Below are positions 10,473 to 21,055 of a stretch of DNA of 64,000 nucleotides, one piece after another. The DNA comes from an uncultured Acidobacteriota bacterium. GTDB lineage: Bacteria > Acidobacteriota > Terriglobia > UBA7540. The position numbers and the translations under genes were made by a program. The first letter of the stretch is position 1, and the number at the start of each line of letters is the position of its first letter. Below the pieces are notes generated by a model that saw nothing but the letters and a program-made list of their open reading frames with translations, made no database searches and had not been told where the DNA came from. The DNA is taken from assembly GCA_963804995.1 (NCBI GenBank), contig CAWDSK010000005.1:544001-608000 (forward strand). The letters run 5' to 3'.

Positions 10473-11501
10473 ATGAGCTCAAATCAAATTTATACCGTGG
10501 TCGTGGCAGGCATGGGTAAGCGCGGAACGCACCATGCCAGTGCTTTCGAGAAGAATGGCCGCTTCAAGCTGGTGGGCCTGTGCGATATCGACGCCGGGCG
10601 TCTGGAAACCGCGGCCAAGAAATTCGGCGTCAGCGAAACCAGTGCCGACGCTGCTGCGCTGGTCAAGAAGACTCACCCTGATATTTTCTGTTTCTGTACG
10701 CTGCCCGACCTGCGCCTGCCCCTGATCCGGGCGGGTGTGGAGGCAGGCGTGAAGCTTATTGCCTATGAAAAACCTACGGCGCTATCGACCGACGAGGCGT
10801 TGGAGATGATGCAGCTTACGCGCGCGGCGGGTGTCAAGACCGTGGTCAGCCACCAGCACCGCTACGGCGAGCATTACCAGAAGGTGAAGGAGATTATAGC
10901 GAGCGGCGCCATCGGCCGGGTGCACACCGTTTATGGCACCGCCACCGGCTGGATGATGCACATGATGACGCACCTGATCGACTACACTCGCTGGTTCAAC
11001 GGTTACGCCGAGGCCGAATGGGTGGTCGGGCAGGCGCACGGGAAATCGAAGTTCGCGGACAATCACCCTTCGCCTGACTACATCGGCGGCCTCGTCCAGT
11101 TTGCGAACGGCGTGCGTGGCATCGTGGAGTCAGGCGACGGCGCTCCCGACGTGCCGGAAGTCGAATACTGGTGGCGTAAGTGCCGCATCGGCGCGCAAGG
11201 CAGTGAAGGTTTTGCCGAAACGCTTACGGGCGGCGGCTGGCGCGCCGTCACACGCAATGGTGTGATGTCCGGCCCCGGCAGCATGGACTACGAACACGAC
11301 ATGGGGCCGTACGTTCAGGAAATGGTCGATTGGCTCGACAACGAGCGAAAGGTTCACCCCTGCAACGGCGAAAGCGCTTACAAGGATTTGGAAATCATGA
11401 TGGCCATGTGCCGGTCAGTCGTCCAGCGCGGCAAAGTGAAGTTGCCGCTGGGCCCCGGCGAACCGGAACTCGAAGCGCTGAAGAGGGTTTTGCCTGATTA
11501 G
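10473..11501 (+). CDS. Gfo/Idh/MocA-family oxidoreductase
   Basis: Rossmann motif VAGMGKRG and EKP motif; GGAGG RBS before the ATG at 10473. Confidence 0.9.
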   Translation: MSSNQIYTVVVAGMGKRGTHHASAFEKNGRFKLVGLCDIDAGRLETAAKKFGVSETSADAAALVKKTHPDIFCFCTLPDLRLPLIRAGVEAGVKLIAYEKPTALSTDEALEMMQLTRAAGVKTVVSHQHRYGEHYQKVKEIIASGAIGRVHTVYGTATGWMMHMMTHLIDYTRWFNGYAEAEWVVGQAHGKSKFADNHPSPDYIGGLVQFANGVRGIVESGDGAPDVPEVEYWWRKCRIGAQGSEGFAETLTGGGWRAVTRNGVMSGPGSMDYEHDMGPYVQEMVDWLDNERKVHPCNGESAYKDLEIMMAMCRSVVQRGKVKLPLGPGEPELEALKRVLPD

Positions 11502-11552
11502 TTTCACTACTGTTTACTTGGCGCCAGTTTTCATATGGACTGGCGCTAGGCG

Positions 11553-11660
11553 CCTTGGACTGCGGTAGCAGCAGCTACCGCCTTGCTTCCCCCTCGCCTC
11601 GCCAATTTGCCGCCCGGACCGAAGGCGGAAGGCGGTAGCTGCTGCTACCGCAGTCCAAGG
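11553..11660. repeat. Inverted REP pair between convergent genes
   Basis: CCTTGGACTGCGGTAGCAGCAGCTACCGCCTT ... AAGGCGGTAGCTGCTGCTACCGCAGTCCAAGG, a perfect inverted repeat. Confidence 0.8.
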
Positions 11661-11718
11661 TGGGCTTCGCCACCAATCAGATTCCCTAATTCGTGGATTA
11701 TTCCCGCACCCATCGAGT

Positions 11719-12927
11719 CTACCGACTCGGTGGACTTGATTTTTCTATTTTCTCCAGCACCTTGCGGTCATAGGCCATGAGCTTTTCGACCGTCCCAAAC
11801 TGGTACCAGTGCAGGATGCGGTCTAGGCCGAAGAAATCCTTTTGAGCTTCCGCGAGTTGCGTTTTGGCGGCTGGCGAAGTTTCCGCCTCCTTCTGAAGCT
11901 TTTTGATCAGCGCGTCTCCATCACGAAGCAGCGTGTCGAGCTCCTTCATGGTCTGCTGGCGCGGGGCGATATTCTTGGGGGAGCCTATCAGGGCTTCAGA
12001 CAGAACCCTGCCGCTCGCGTTCTTGGGTGGCTTCACGCCCATGAGGGAGCATAGGGTGGGTACAATATCAATCTGCTCTGCGTAATCGAAGCGTTGGCCG
12101 GCGCGGATTCCAGGTCCTACCACCACCAGCGGCATCGCCCAGGCCTCTTCGGCATCGAAGGGATGCCAACCGCCATCGGCCTGTCCGTGATCGGCAGTCA
12201 CAAAAAGCAGGGTCTTGTCTTCGAGGCCTAGTGTCTTCAGTTCATTCAAGAATTGTCCAAGGTACTCATCCGCTTTGAGGGCCGATTTGATATATGGAGA
12301 ACCTTCTGCCCAGATGTTGTGTCGCCACGGAACCGAGGGATTCTTCTCCTCATAACAAACGAATCCATCGTTTCCTGTATCTTGCAAATGAATCTTCATA
12401 AAGGTAGGCTTCGCCTGGCGCAGAAACTCGAGGCACCAGTACATGGTCTGATCATCGTGAATGCGGCTCTCATCCGAGCCGTTCAGAAAGCTGAGGTTGA
12501 ACCCGACATTAATGCGCGTGTAGGCCGTGTCGTTGGCGGCGTGGGCGGTGATGCGAGCCGGGAAGAAGGATTGCTGCACGTACTCCTGGTCGATGCGCAG
12601 CATGGTGGTCCCCGCCAGGATGACGGGATTGGGGATCGACGAGGAGTGATACTTTATCCACTCGCCTTCCTTGGGGTCGGCCGGAAGGATGTTATACGAC
12701 TTCTCGTAGTAAGTCCCTTTGGCGATGAGTGACCGCAGGTTTTTTATATTCAGGCGGTCGACCGCCTTGTAGCTTAACCCATCGATGATAAGAATGATGG
12801 CGTGCTCGGGTTTGGCGCCGCCACTCTGCGGCCGGAGGTTGATGCTGCCGAGTGCGGCAAGGCTTGCGCCGGTCTGGGCACTGGCCGTGAAGAATTCCCG
12901 TCGATTCAGTCCCGACTCTTTAGACAT
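11719..12927 (-). CDS. Tat-exported alkaline phosphatase/phosphodiesterase superfamily protein
   Basis: LNRREFF Tat motif; IIDGL, TADHG, PLVVVGPGI and DIVPTL motifs. Confidence 0.8.
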   Translation of the reverse strand: MSKESGLNRREFFTASAQTGASLAALGSINLRPQSGGAKPEHAIILIIDGLSYKAVDRLNIKNLRSLIAKGTYYEKSYNILPADPKEGEWIKYHSSSIPNPVILAGTTMLRIDQEYVQQSFFPARITAHAANDTAYTRINVGFNLSFLNGSDESRIHDDQTMYWCLEFLRQAKPTFMKIHLQDTGNDGFVCYEEKNPSVPWRHNIWAEGSPYIKSALKADEYLGQFLNELKTLGLEDKTLLFVTADHGQADGGWHPFDAEEAWAMPLVVVGPGIRAGQRFDYAEQIDIVPTLCSLMGVKPPKNASGRVLSEALIGSPKNIAPRQQTMKELDTLLRDGDALIKKLQKEAETSPAAKTQLAEAQKDFFGLDRILHWYQFGTVEKLMAYDRKVLEKIEKSSPPSR

Positions 12928-13289
12928 GAGAATGAAACTCCTTTCGCGTTTTGCCGATGATTGTACTCCCTCATCACGACAAAAACGGGAGGAATTGTAA
13001 GGCTCGTTTGGGATGAGCGTTCCACTGAGGTCCAAGAGATACCGGAAGGGGTGCAAGTTTCCATCCCAGCCTGATAAATCTCCATGAGAGGAACATGGTT
13101 CCGGCTCTCGCCGAGTGCTTTTGGGTGCCAAGCTTTCTACCATCAGAAAAGCTCTTGAAGTACCTGGCTAAGCCCATCCGTGCTAGGGGTGCCGAATCCC
13201 TGGCGTTGAACGAAAAACATGCAAGTGGCAGTTCACGCGAGTATTATCGGCTTCGGTGGAGCAATTCTGTTCCAACGAGGAAATAAGCA

Positions 13290-15535
13290 ATGGTTGCAAA
13301 CCGTGAAGGTGGTTATCTGAATGTTATCCTCGTCATCCTAGTGGCGATTATTCCAGCGCCGGTGATAACCCGGGGAGCGTCAAGCCCGGGAGGCCGTCCA
13401 CAGACAGGCCCTGTGACTGCCCGGGCGGCGGATCCAGCCGCGAATGATCTGGCGCTGATCTTGCAGCGTATGAAGGTGGACTTCGCCAATCCCAACGCCA
13501 CCTATCCCCACGACGTACGCGCTTCCAGCAGCCCCAGCACGCAGGACTGGCTTCCCTCCTTGGCGGCGGACGGGCATTGGCCTGATCTCTCATACGAGAA
13601 CGGGAAGCCTCCGGCGGCGGGCGCCTATTCCAATCCTGCCACCCCGAACTTTCACTCGAATGCGCACTTAATCCGGCTGGCCCAGATGACAAGCGCATAC
13701 GCCAATTCTGGCTCCCCGGACTATCACTCGGCGAAAATGCTGGAGGGAATCGAGCACGCGCTCGCGTATTGGTATAAGAACCATACCCTCTCAGATAACT
13801 GGTGGGATAACACCGTCGGTGAGCCGCAATTGCTATCACTCACCCTGGTGCCGCTCGCGGATGTTTTGCCGCCCGACCTTCTCCGCCAGGGCTTGAGCTA
13901 CTACGTCATTCCTCAAGTTAAAGATCCCAGCTATTCCCGCGCTGCTCTCTCGTACCCACAACAGCAACTGATTCGCGGGGTGCTGACGCGCTCTGACGTT
14001 GACGTGGCCGAAGCCAGTGCAGAGATGCAGAGGATCATCCGCATCCGGACCGACGAAGGCATTCAGCGGGATTTCAGTTTCCACCAGCATGGGCCGCAAC
14101 TTTACAACGGTGGATATGGCCTCACTTTGCTGATTGATATGTGTAATTACGCTACGGTCCTGCGAGGTACCCGTTATGCCTTTGCGCATGACAAATTGTC
14201 GTTGCTGGCCGATCACCTATTGGAGGGCGACGGGCACATGATTCGAGGCAAGGCGCTTGATTACAGCGCTTTCGGCCGCACTCTGCTGCGCAGGAACGCC
14301 GGCCAATCCGCCGTGGAATTGGAAGCCGTGTGCGATCAGCTCGCCGCCCTGCTTCCTGAGCGTGCCGGCGAGTTGATTGCGCTGAAGAAGCACATCGAAG
14401 GAACCGGGGCGCCTTTTAGCTACCTGGGCAACCGGTACTTTTGGAACTCCGATTTCATGACCCACCAGCGGGAGGCGTACTACATTTCCGTCAAAATGGT
14501 GTCTTACCGCACCGTGGGCACGGAAACCATCCATGCGGAGAATATGAACGGACGCTGGCTTCCCTTCGGCGCCACCTGGATACTCCGGCGTGGCGATGAA
14601 TACAATAGTATTCTCCCCGTCCTGGATTGGGCACGCTTGCCCGGTGTGACCTCACCGCACGAGATCATGCCGCCCGTCAGAAACGTTAGCCAGCCGGAAG
14701 GCTTTGTCGGAGGGGTCTCCGACGGCACCGATGGCGCCGCCGCCATGGTCTTCACCCAAAGTGAACCCACCCCCTTGGTTTCCGTGTTCGAAATCATGAC
14801 GCAGGGACGCAAAGCGTGGTTCTTTTTCGACCGGGAGATGGTGGCGCTGGGCGCCGGCATTACGTCCGTGCGTGACGAACCCGTGGGGACAACCCTCAAC
14901 CAAACGCGGCTGAACGGGCCGGTGCTGATCGATGGCCATGCGGTCGACCCGGGCGAATCGAAGGTCTCGCAAGGGTCATGGGTGCTGCACGACGAGGTCG
15001 GCTACGCATTTCTGGGGCCAACTGCCGCCAGGGTTAAAGTGGGTCCCCAAACCGCAGTATTCGAAGTCCACCAGGACGTCGGAGGTACCCGATAACTGAA
15101 CCGGTTTTTTCGCTCTGGATTGACCATGGGGTGCGCCCACGCGACGCGCAATATGCTTACGCGGTTCTGCCCGGCATCAACGCGCAACAGGTTGCGGAAT
15201 GGCAGGCGCATCCGCCCGTGCGGGTTATAACCAACACCCCAGCGCAGCAGGCCGTCATCAACGACCAACTCGGCGTGGCGGAAATCGTGTTTTACCGGTC
15301 GGGCAGCGTAGTGCTGATGCCAGGGTTGATGGTAAAAGTCGATCACCCGTGCCTGGCGCTGTTGGTGAAACATGGAAATTCAACACGCATCGCGGTGTCG
15401 AGTCCGGGCGGGGAGTTCTTTACGGTGCATCTGACTCTCACGACCCCCAAAAAAGAGCAGAACGTGACCTTCGAATTGCCGGACGGAGATATGGCGGGAA
15501 AAAGCCAAGTGATGGAAGTTCCCGTCCGCTGGTAA
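13290..15535 (+). CDS. Polysaccharide lyase family 8 (chondroitinase AC/hyaluronate lyase-like), paralog 1, frameshift ~15050-15092
   Basis: NWW, EGIQRDFSFHQHGPQLYNGGYG, DWARLPGVT and KAWFFF motifs; the C-terminal part (15131-15535) aligns with paralog 2. Confidence 0.88.
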
Positions 15536-15676
15536 AAGGGTGCGCGGCGGTCAGCGACTGATAGGGCGGGTTAAGGGCTTGCCTTACCCGGCCGTTCAGC
15601 GACGCTGAAGCGCGCCGAGCAGCGGGGCGCATGCAGACCGTCCCGGCCACAGCAATTCACCGGGAGGAGACAAGCA

Positions 15677-17944
15677 ATGAGTGTATACCGTGAAAGTTCG
15701 TCATGTGAATGCGTCATCATCTTCATCATATCGGCGTGCATTCTGGCGTCGGTGGGAACCTGGGGAGCTTCACGCCCGGTAGGACGACCACAGGCCAAGC
15801 CTGTGGCTTCCCCCTCGGCGGAGCCCGTCGCGGATGAACTGGCGTTGATCCTGCGGCGCTTGAAGGTGCAAATCGCCACGCCCAACTATCCCAACTACTC
15901 GCACGACGCGCGCGAACCCAACTACCCGCGCGCCAAGGAGTGGCTTGCATCCCAGGCGGCGGACGGGCATTGGCCTGATATCGAGTACGAGGGCGGCCAG
16001 CCTGGCTGGAATAATGCGCACTTGGGCCGGCTGGCCCAGATGGCAAGCGCCTACGCGAGCCCCGCCAGCCCGGACTATCACTCCGCGAAGATGCTGGAGG
16101 GAGTCGAGCACGGGCTCCCGTACTGGTATACGAAAAGGCATCCCGTCTTGAACCATGTGGTGGGAGAACACCATCGGTCAGCCGCTGCTGCTTACGCGCA
16201 CCCTGGTGCCGCTCGAAGATGTTTTGCCGGCCGACTTTCTCCGTCAGGGCTTGACCTACTACACCGTGTCCAACGGAAGTCGATCCCCGCTATGCCACCG
16301 GTGCAAAACCTGGTCTGGTTCGCACAGCAACAACTGATTCGCGGGATACTGGCGCGCTCCTCCGAGGACATTGCCGCAGGCAGTGAAGCGATCCAGAGGG
16401 AAATCCGCATCAACACCGGCGAAGGCATTCAACGGGATTTCAGTTTTCACCAACACGGTCCGCAACTCTACAACGGCGGATATGGCCACGACTTCATGGT
16501 CGATACGTGCAAATATGCCGTGCTCCTTGCAGGAACCCGTTACGCCTTCACGCCTGAAAAGCTTTCCTTGCTCGCTGATCACCTGTTGGAGGGCAGCGGG
16601 CATATGATTCGCGGCAAGTTGCTCGATTACAGCGCCTACGGCCGCACTCTGGTCCGAAGAGATGCCTCAGAAGGGGCCGTGGAATTCGAGGCGGCGTGCG
16701 ATGGACTTGCCGCCTTGCTGCCGGAGCGTGCCGCCGAGTTGGGTGCGCTCAAGGAACACATTCGAGGGTCCGGAGCCCCGGCCAGCTTTGTGGGCAACCG
16801 GTATTTCTGGAACTCCGATTTCATGACGCACCAGCGCGACGCGTATTACATGTCCGTCAAAATGATTTCCAACCGGACCGTGGGTACAGAAACCATCAAC
16901 GGTGAGAACGTGAAAGGGTGCTGGCTCCCCTTCGGCGCCACCTGGATTGTCCGGCGCGGCGATGAATATAAGGATATTTTCCCCGTCCTGGATTGGGGTC
17001 GTTTGCCCGGCGTGACTTCTCCGCACACGACCGATGCGTTCACCAAAGACGTTCGGCAGCCGGAGCCCTTCGTCGGGGGAGTCTCCGATGGCGCCTATGG
17101 CGCCGCCGCCATGGTCTTCGGCGAAAGCGAAACCCAGCCCCTCGTTCCCCTGTTTAAGGCCTTAACGCACGGCCAGAAAGCATGGTTCTTTTTTGACCGC
17201 GAGATTGTGGCGCTGGGGGCCGGTATTACTTCCACGCGCGATGCGCCCATCGGAACGACCTTGAACCAGACGCTGCTGCATGGGCCGGTGCTGATCGATG
17301 GGCACGAGGTTGGGGCGGGTGAATCGAAAGTGCCGCAAACGTCGTGGGTGCTGCATGACGACGTCGGCTATGCATTCCTCGGACCCACAGACGCCAGCGT
17401 CAAAGTCGGACCTCAATCCGGCGATTGGAAGTCGATCAGCACGTCGAATCCGCCGACTCCGGCAACTGAACAAGTGTTTGCACTCTGGATTGACCATGGC
17501 GTGCATCCGCAAGACGCGCAATATGCTTATGCCGTTCTGCCCGGCATTAATGCACAGCAGCTTGCGGCATGGGTGGCGCACCCGCCCGTACGCGTGATCA
17601 CCAACACCACAGCGCAGCAGGCCGTGATCAACGACCAGACCGGTGTCGCGGAGATTGTATTTTACCGGCCCGGCACTGCCGCACTGGGCGCAGGCGTAGC
17701 GGTGAAAGTCGATCACCCCTGCCTGACGTTGTTGGTGAAACATGGAAATTCAACACGCATCGCGGTGTCGAGCCCGGGCGGGGAAGTTTCGCTAGTGCAC
17801 CTGACCCTCTCGACTCAACAAGAAGAGCAGCGCGTGATCTTCGAATTGCCGGGCGGAGATCTGGCGGGAAAAAGCAAGGTGAAGGAGGTTTCCGCTACGC
17901 TCCCGGAAGTTCACCCGCCATCCGCCAAGCCCGGAGGCCGGTAA
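15677..17944 (+). CDS. Polysaccharide lyase family 8, paralog 2 (three compensating +1 indels, ~16150-16305)
   Basis: Same PL8 motifs; WWENTIGQP and DPRYATGA/NLVW segments are recoverable in alternative frames. Confidence 0.88.
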   Translation: MSVYRESSSCECVIIFIISACILASVGTWGASRPVGRPQAKPVASPSAEPVADELALILRRLKVQIATPNYPNYSHDAREPNYPRAKEWLASQAADGHWPDIEYEGGQPGWNNAHLGRLAQMASAYASPASPDYHSAKMLEGVEHGLPYWYTKRHPVLNHVVGEHHRSAAAAYAHPGAARRCFAGRLSPSGLDLLHRVQRKSIPAMPPVQNLVWFAQQQLIRGILARSSEDIAAGSEAIQREIRINTGEGIQRDFSFHQHGPQLYNGGYGHDFMVDTCKYAVLLAGTRYAFTPEKLSLLADHLLEGSGHMIRGKLLDYSAYGRTLVRRDASEGAVEFEAACDGLAALLPERAAELGALKEHIRGSGAPASFVGNRYFWNSDFMTHQRDAYYMSVKMISNRTVGTETINGENVKGCWLPFGATWIVRRGDEYKDIFPVLDWGRLPGVTSPHTTDAFTKDVRQPEPFVGGVSDGAYGAAAMVFGESETQPLVPLFKALTHGQKAWFFFDREIVALGAGITSTRDAPIGTTLNQTLLHGPVLIDGHEVGAGESKVPQTSWVLHDDVGYAFLGPTDASVKVGPQSGDWKSISTSNPPTPATEQVFALWIDHGVHPQDAQYAYAVLPGINAQQLAAWVAHPPVRVITNTTAQQAVINDQTGVAEIVFYRPGTAALGAGVAVKVDHPCLTLLVKHGNSTRIAVSSPGGEVSLVHLTLSTQQEEQRVIFELPGGDLAGKSKVKEVSATLPEVHPPSAKPGGR

Positions 17945-17989
17945 GTGGAGATATTGGTGGGACAAAGGCCGCTTAGGGCCGCGTTGAGC

Positions 17990-18420
17990 TACATGTGGGA
18001 CAGCCGGGGTTTCCAATTCGGTAATCAAGTCCGCATCCTCGCCGCCAGCCATCCAGACATTTAGCCTGGATTTCTCCGCACTCGACCTCAATTCGACGTG
18101 GTAGCTAGTGTGGTGTCCCGGTTAATATTTGACAAGGCTGTCCGACCCCCTCACCCCCCAGCCCCTCTCCCCCAAAGGGGCGAGGGGAGAGTTAATTCTC
18201 TTGCCCTCGCCCCTTTGGGGGAGAGGGTGGCTGGCCGAGGCGTTCTCATCAGCCGAGGCCAGACGGGTGAGGGGGTTCTACCCATTGTCAACTCTAGCAC
18301 GGGACACCACACTAGCCTCGAAGCTTTCCGCTGGCGCTCAGGTGTTTTTCGAGCGGGATGTGTCTCTCATGCCGCCGCGACCGGGTAACCAGCACGTCTT
18401 TGATGTCCTCCCCAAGCGCC
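17990..18420 (-). pseudogene. Decayed antitoxin/RelE-like TA pair split by the MITE
   Basis: Removing the MITE gives ...EDIKDVLVTRSRRHERHIPLEKHLSASGKLRG* overlapping (E)ASYHVELRSSAEKS..., a RelE-like N-terminus. Confidence 0.45.
18105..18315. mobile_element. CTAG-bounded MITE, copy 2 (211 bp)
   Basis: Perfect TIR CTAGTGTGGTGTCCCG / CGGGACACCACACTAG; internal CCCCTCACCC...GGGGAGAGGG hairpins. Confidence 0.88.
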
Positions 18421-18441
18421 CTGTGCTACTTCCCGAAAGTG

Positions 18442-18514
18442 ACCCCTCACCCGTCCCGCGCCGGCTGGTGAAAACGCCGGCCGCGGTCCACCCTCTCCCC
18501 TGCGGAGAGGGCTA
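18442..18514. repeat. CCCCTCACCCGTCCCG...CCCTCTCCCC..GGAGAGGG palindromic repeat
   Basis: Same motif as at 49926-49996; reverse-complement relatives at ~29275-29345, ~34553-34623 and ~57306-57380. Confidence 0.75.
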
Positions 18515-18609
18515 TGATTCTCTTTTGGTTGCGGCTCCGCCGCGCTGTGCTTCTTGAGATTGATGATTGTCGCCTTGCGGCCTTTCACATCAGTGGAGAC
18601 GGATTCTGA

Positions 18610-20427
18610 TTAGCCCTGCTTTTGTTCCAGTTCAGCCCATCGAGCATACAGCTTATCCACTTTCTTCTGGGTCGTTTCCATCTGTGCGCATGTGATCTGA
18701 AGCCGTGAGGCGTCGCTCATGACGGCGGGGTCTTCCAGTGTCGCGCGCAAGGCGTTCAGCTCCAGTTCAGCCTCGGCGATCTTTTCTTCGATGGCGGCAA
18801 ACTCACGCGCCTCAAGGTAGGAGAGCTTCCGTTTTGCCGCGGCGGGCGGGGCGCCGTCCGGAGCGACGGGCGTGTGGGGGGCACTGGCCGCGACGTTGCG
18901 TGCGGCTTTCGCTTGCTGCGCGCGCTGCCAAACTTCCCATTGTGAGTAGTCGCCGAAGCGTTCCGCTCCGCCCAAACCATCCAGGCCCAGCACCACGGTT
19001 GAGACCCGGTCCAACATGAAGCGATCGTGCGTGACCAGCACCAGGGCCCCACGATATTCCAGCAGGCTCTCTTCCAGGATTTCCAGAGTCGGGATATCCA
19101 AATCGTTGGTGGGTTCATCCAGCAACAGGACGTCCGCCGGTTGGAGCATAAGCTGTGCGATTAAGACACGCGCCCGTTCGCCTCCGGAAAGCCTGCCCAC
19201 CGTCTGACTGAGGTTGTCCGGGTCAAAGAGAAACCTTGCCGCCCAGGAGGCGACGTGAATCACCTGCTCCTGATAAACGACCGAATCGCTATCCGGCGCC
19301 AGGGCTCGGCGTAAAGTAAGGTCAGGGTCAAGCTCGCGATTTTGGTCGAAGTAGACTATCCGCAACGCCTCAGCCCGGCGAATCTCGCCGCTGGTAGCTT
19401 GAATGTCGCCGCGCAGCAGACGGAGGAGTGTGGTCTTGCCGCTCCCATTCTGTCCCACCAGCCCCACGCGCATTCCCGCCCTGACGATAAAATTCAGGCC
19501 TTGCAACAGGGTGCGACCAGCGATGGTGTAGGCAACGCCATCGAGCGCGATCAACTGTTTGGTTTGGCGGTCCGTGGCGGAAAAGTCAATCTTGGCGGTA
19601 GCAGTGCGGCGGCGGGCGTTCAGGTCCGCCAACTCGCCGATCAGTTCGTGGGCTTTATCGATGCGCGCCTTGGCCTTGGTCCGACGGGCCCGGGGACCCC
19701 GGCGCAGCCATTCCAGTTCCGTATGCACGCGATTGGTAAGGGCTTCCTGCCGCTTCCCCTGCGCCGTGAGGTACTCTTCTTTCTTCTCAAGAAACCTGCT
19801 GTAGTTCCCATTGACCCGAAACAAGCCATCCACATAGACGCGACTAAGCTCCACCACCTCGCTCGCAATATTCTCAAGAAAGTAACGATCGTGGCTTACC
19901 ACCACGCACGCGAACGCTGCGTTCTGAAGCACGGATTCGAGCCACTGAATCCCCGCAAAGTCCAAATGGTTGGTGGGCTCATCGAGAAGCAGGATGTCTG
20001 CCCGCTCGACCAGTCCCTCGGTGATCATCAGGCGTTTGCGCCAGCCACCTGACAAGGCGGTGGTGGGGGTTTCAAAGTCGATAAAACCGGCGCGGCCAAG
20101 GGCCTCGGCGGTGCGGGACACCCGCTCCGCCTGGGGTGCTGCGGTCCGTTCAAGGGCCTTCTCGACGACCGACCTGACCGTCTCCCCTGGCGCAAATTCG
20201 GCCACCTGTGGGACATAACTGACCCTGCTGCGTTTGCGCGTTGCAACCTCGCCACTATCCGGTTTTACGCGCCCGCAGAGAATCTCCAGCAGAGTCGACT
20301 TGCCTGACCCGTTCGGCCCAATCAGGCCAATCCGGTCGCCCTCCGACACGGTGAAGGAAATGTTCTGGAATAGGGAGGTGATCCCGTATCGCTTCGATAG
20401 TCCCTGGGCATTGATGATGGGGGCCAA
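18610..20427 (-). CDS. ABC-F family ATP-binding protein (Uup-like)
   Basis: Two Walker A (GPNGSGKS, GQNGSGKT), LSGG and DEPTN motifs, no TM segments, C-terminal KLSY..coiled coil..RWAELE. Confidence 0.93.
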   Translation of the reverse strand: MAPIINAQGLSKRYGITSLFQNISFTVSEGDRIGLIGPNGSGKSTLLEILCGRVKPDSGEVATRKRSRVSYVPQVAEFAPGETVRSVVEKALERTAAPQAERVSRTAEALGRAGFIDFETPTTALSGGWRKRLMITEGLVERADILLLDEPTNHLDFAGIQWLESVLQNAAFACVVVSHDRYFLENIASEVVELSRVYVDGLFRVNGNYSRFLEKKEEYLTAQGKRQEALTNRVHTELEWLRRGPRARRTKAKARIDKAHELIGELADLNARRRTATAKIDFSATDRQTKQLIALDGVAYTIAGRTLLQGLNFIVRAGMRVGLVGQNGSGKTTLLRLLRGDIQATSGEIRRAEALRIVYFDQNRELDPDLTLRRALAPDSDSVVYQEQVIHVASWAARFLFDPDNLSQTVGRLSGGERARVLIAQLMLQPADVLLLDEPTNDLDIPTLEILEESLLEYRGALVLVTHDRFMLDRVSTVVLGLDGLGGAERFGDYSQWEVWQRAQQAKAARNVAASAPHTPVAPDGAPPAAAKRKLSYLEAREFAAIEEKIAEAELELNALRATLEDPAVMSDASRLQITCAQMETTQKKVDKLYARWAELEQKQG

Positions 20428-20513
20428 GTTGATCGAGGTTCCTCCGGATTTAATAGGGAGGACTAGTGTGACAGATATTTGTCGTTTTGCAGTGATCTAA
20501 TTCGATTACAGCT

Positions 20514-20725
20514 CTAGCGTGGTGTCCCGGTTAATATTTGACAAGGCTGTCCCGACCCCCTCACCCCCCAGCCCCTCTCCCCCAAAGGGGCGAGGGGAGA
20601 GTTAATTTTCTTGCCCTCGCCCCTTTGGGGGAGAGGGTGGCTGGCCGAGGCGTTCTCATCAGCCGAGGCCAGACGGGTGAGGGGGTTCTACCCATTGTCA
20701 ACTCTAACACGGGGCACCACACTAG
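20514..20725. mobile_element. CTAG-bounded MITE, copy 3 (212 bp)
   Basis: CTAGCGTGGTGTCCCG...CGGGGCACCACACTAG, near-identical to copy 2. Confidence 0.88.
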
Positions 20726-21055
20726 CTGGATTCCTCAGCCCGTGGTTGGAAGCGTGGGGCAAGGGAACAATCATGAAGGCCTTGGGGCGTCAGAGGTAGC
20801 GCAGGGCTCGCTTTCCGGCCCCTTCGTTTACCTCGGGGCAGGCTTTGCCGCCCTTCCAGCGCGATGCGATTGTGGCGGCGCGGGCGCAGCCAAGATGTGT
20901 GGGAGAACGAGTTCCGTTAAACCTCAGGCCAACGGCCGGGAAAACGGCACCAACCATTTCGACCTTTGCGCCCTGGAGGGTCGCCTGACTAGTAATCAAT
21001 TGGCTGTACGCCCCCGACGACCTTTTCAACTTCCTTGTCGGCGAGCTGGTTCTTA

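Noticed and set aside
9222..11501. Antibiotic or secondary-metabolite cluster around the DegT aminotransferase
   Set aside because: Only an aminotransferase and an oxidoreductase; no scaffold, glycosyltransferase or nucleotidyltransferase genes nearby.
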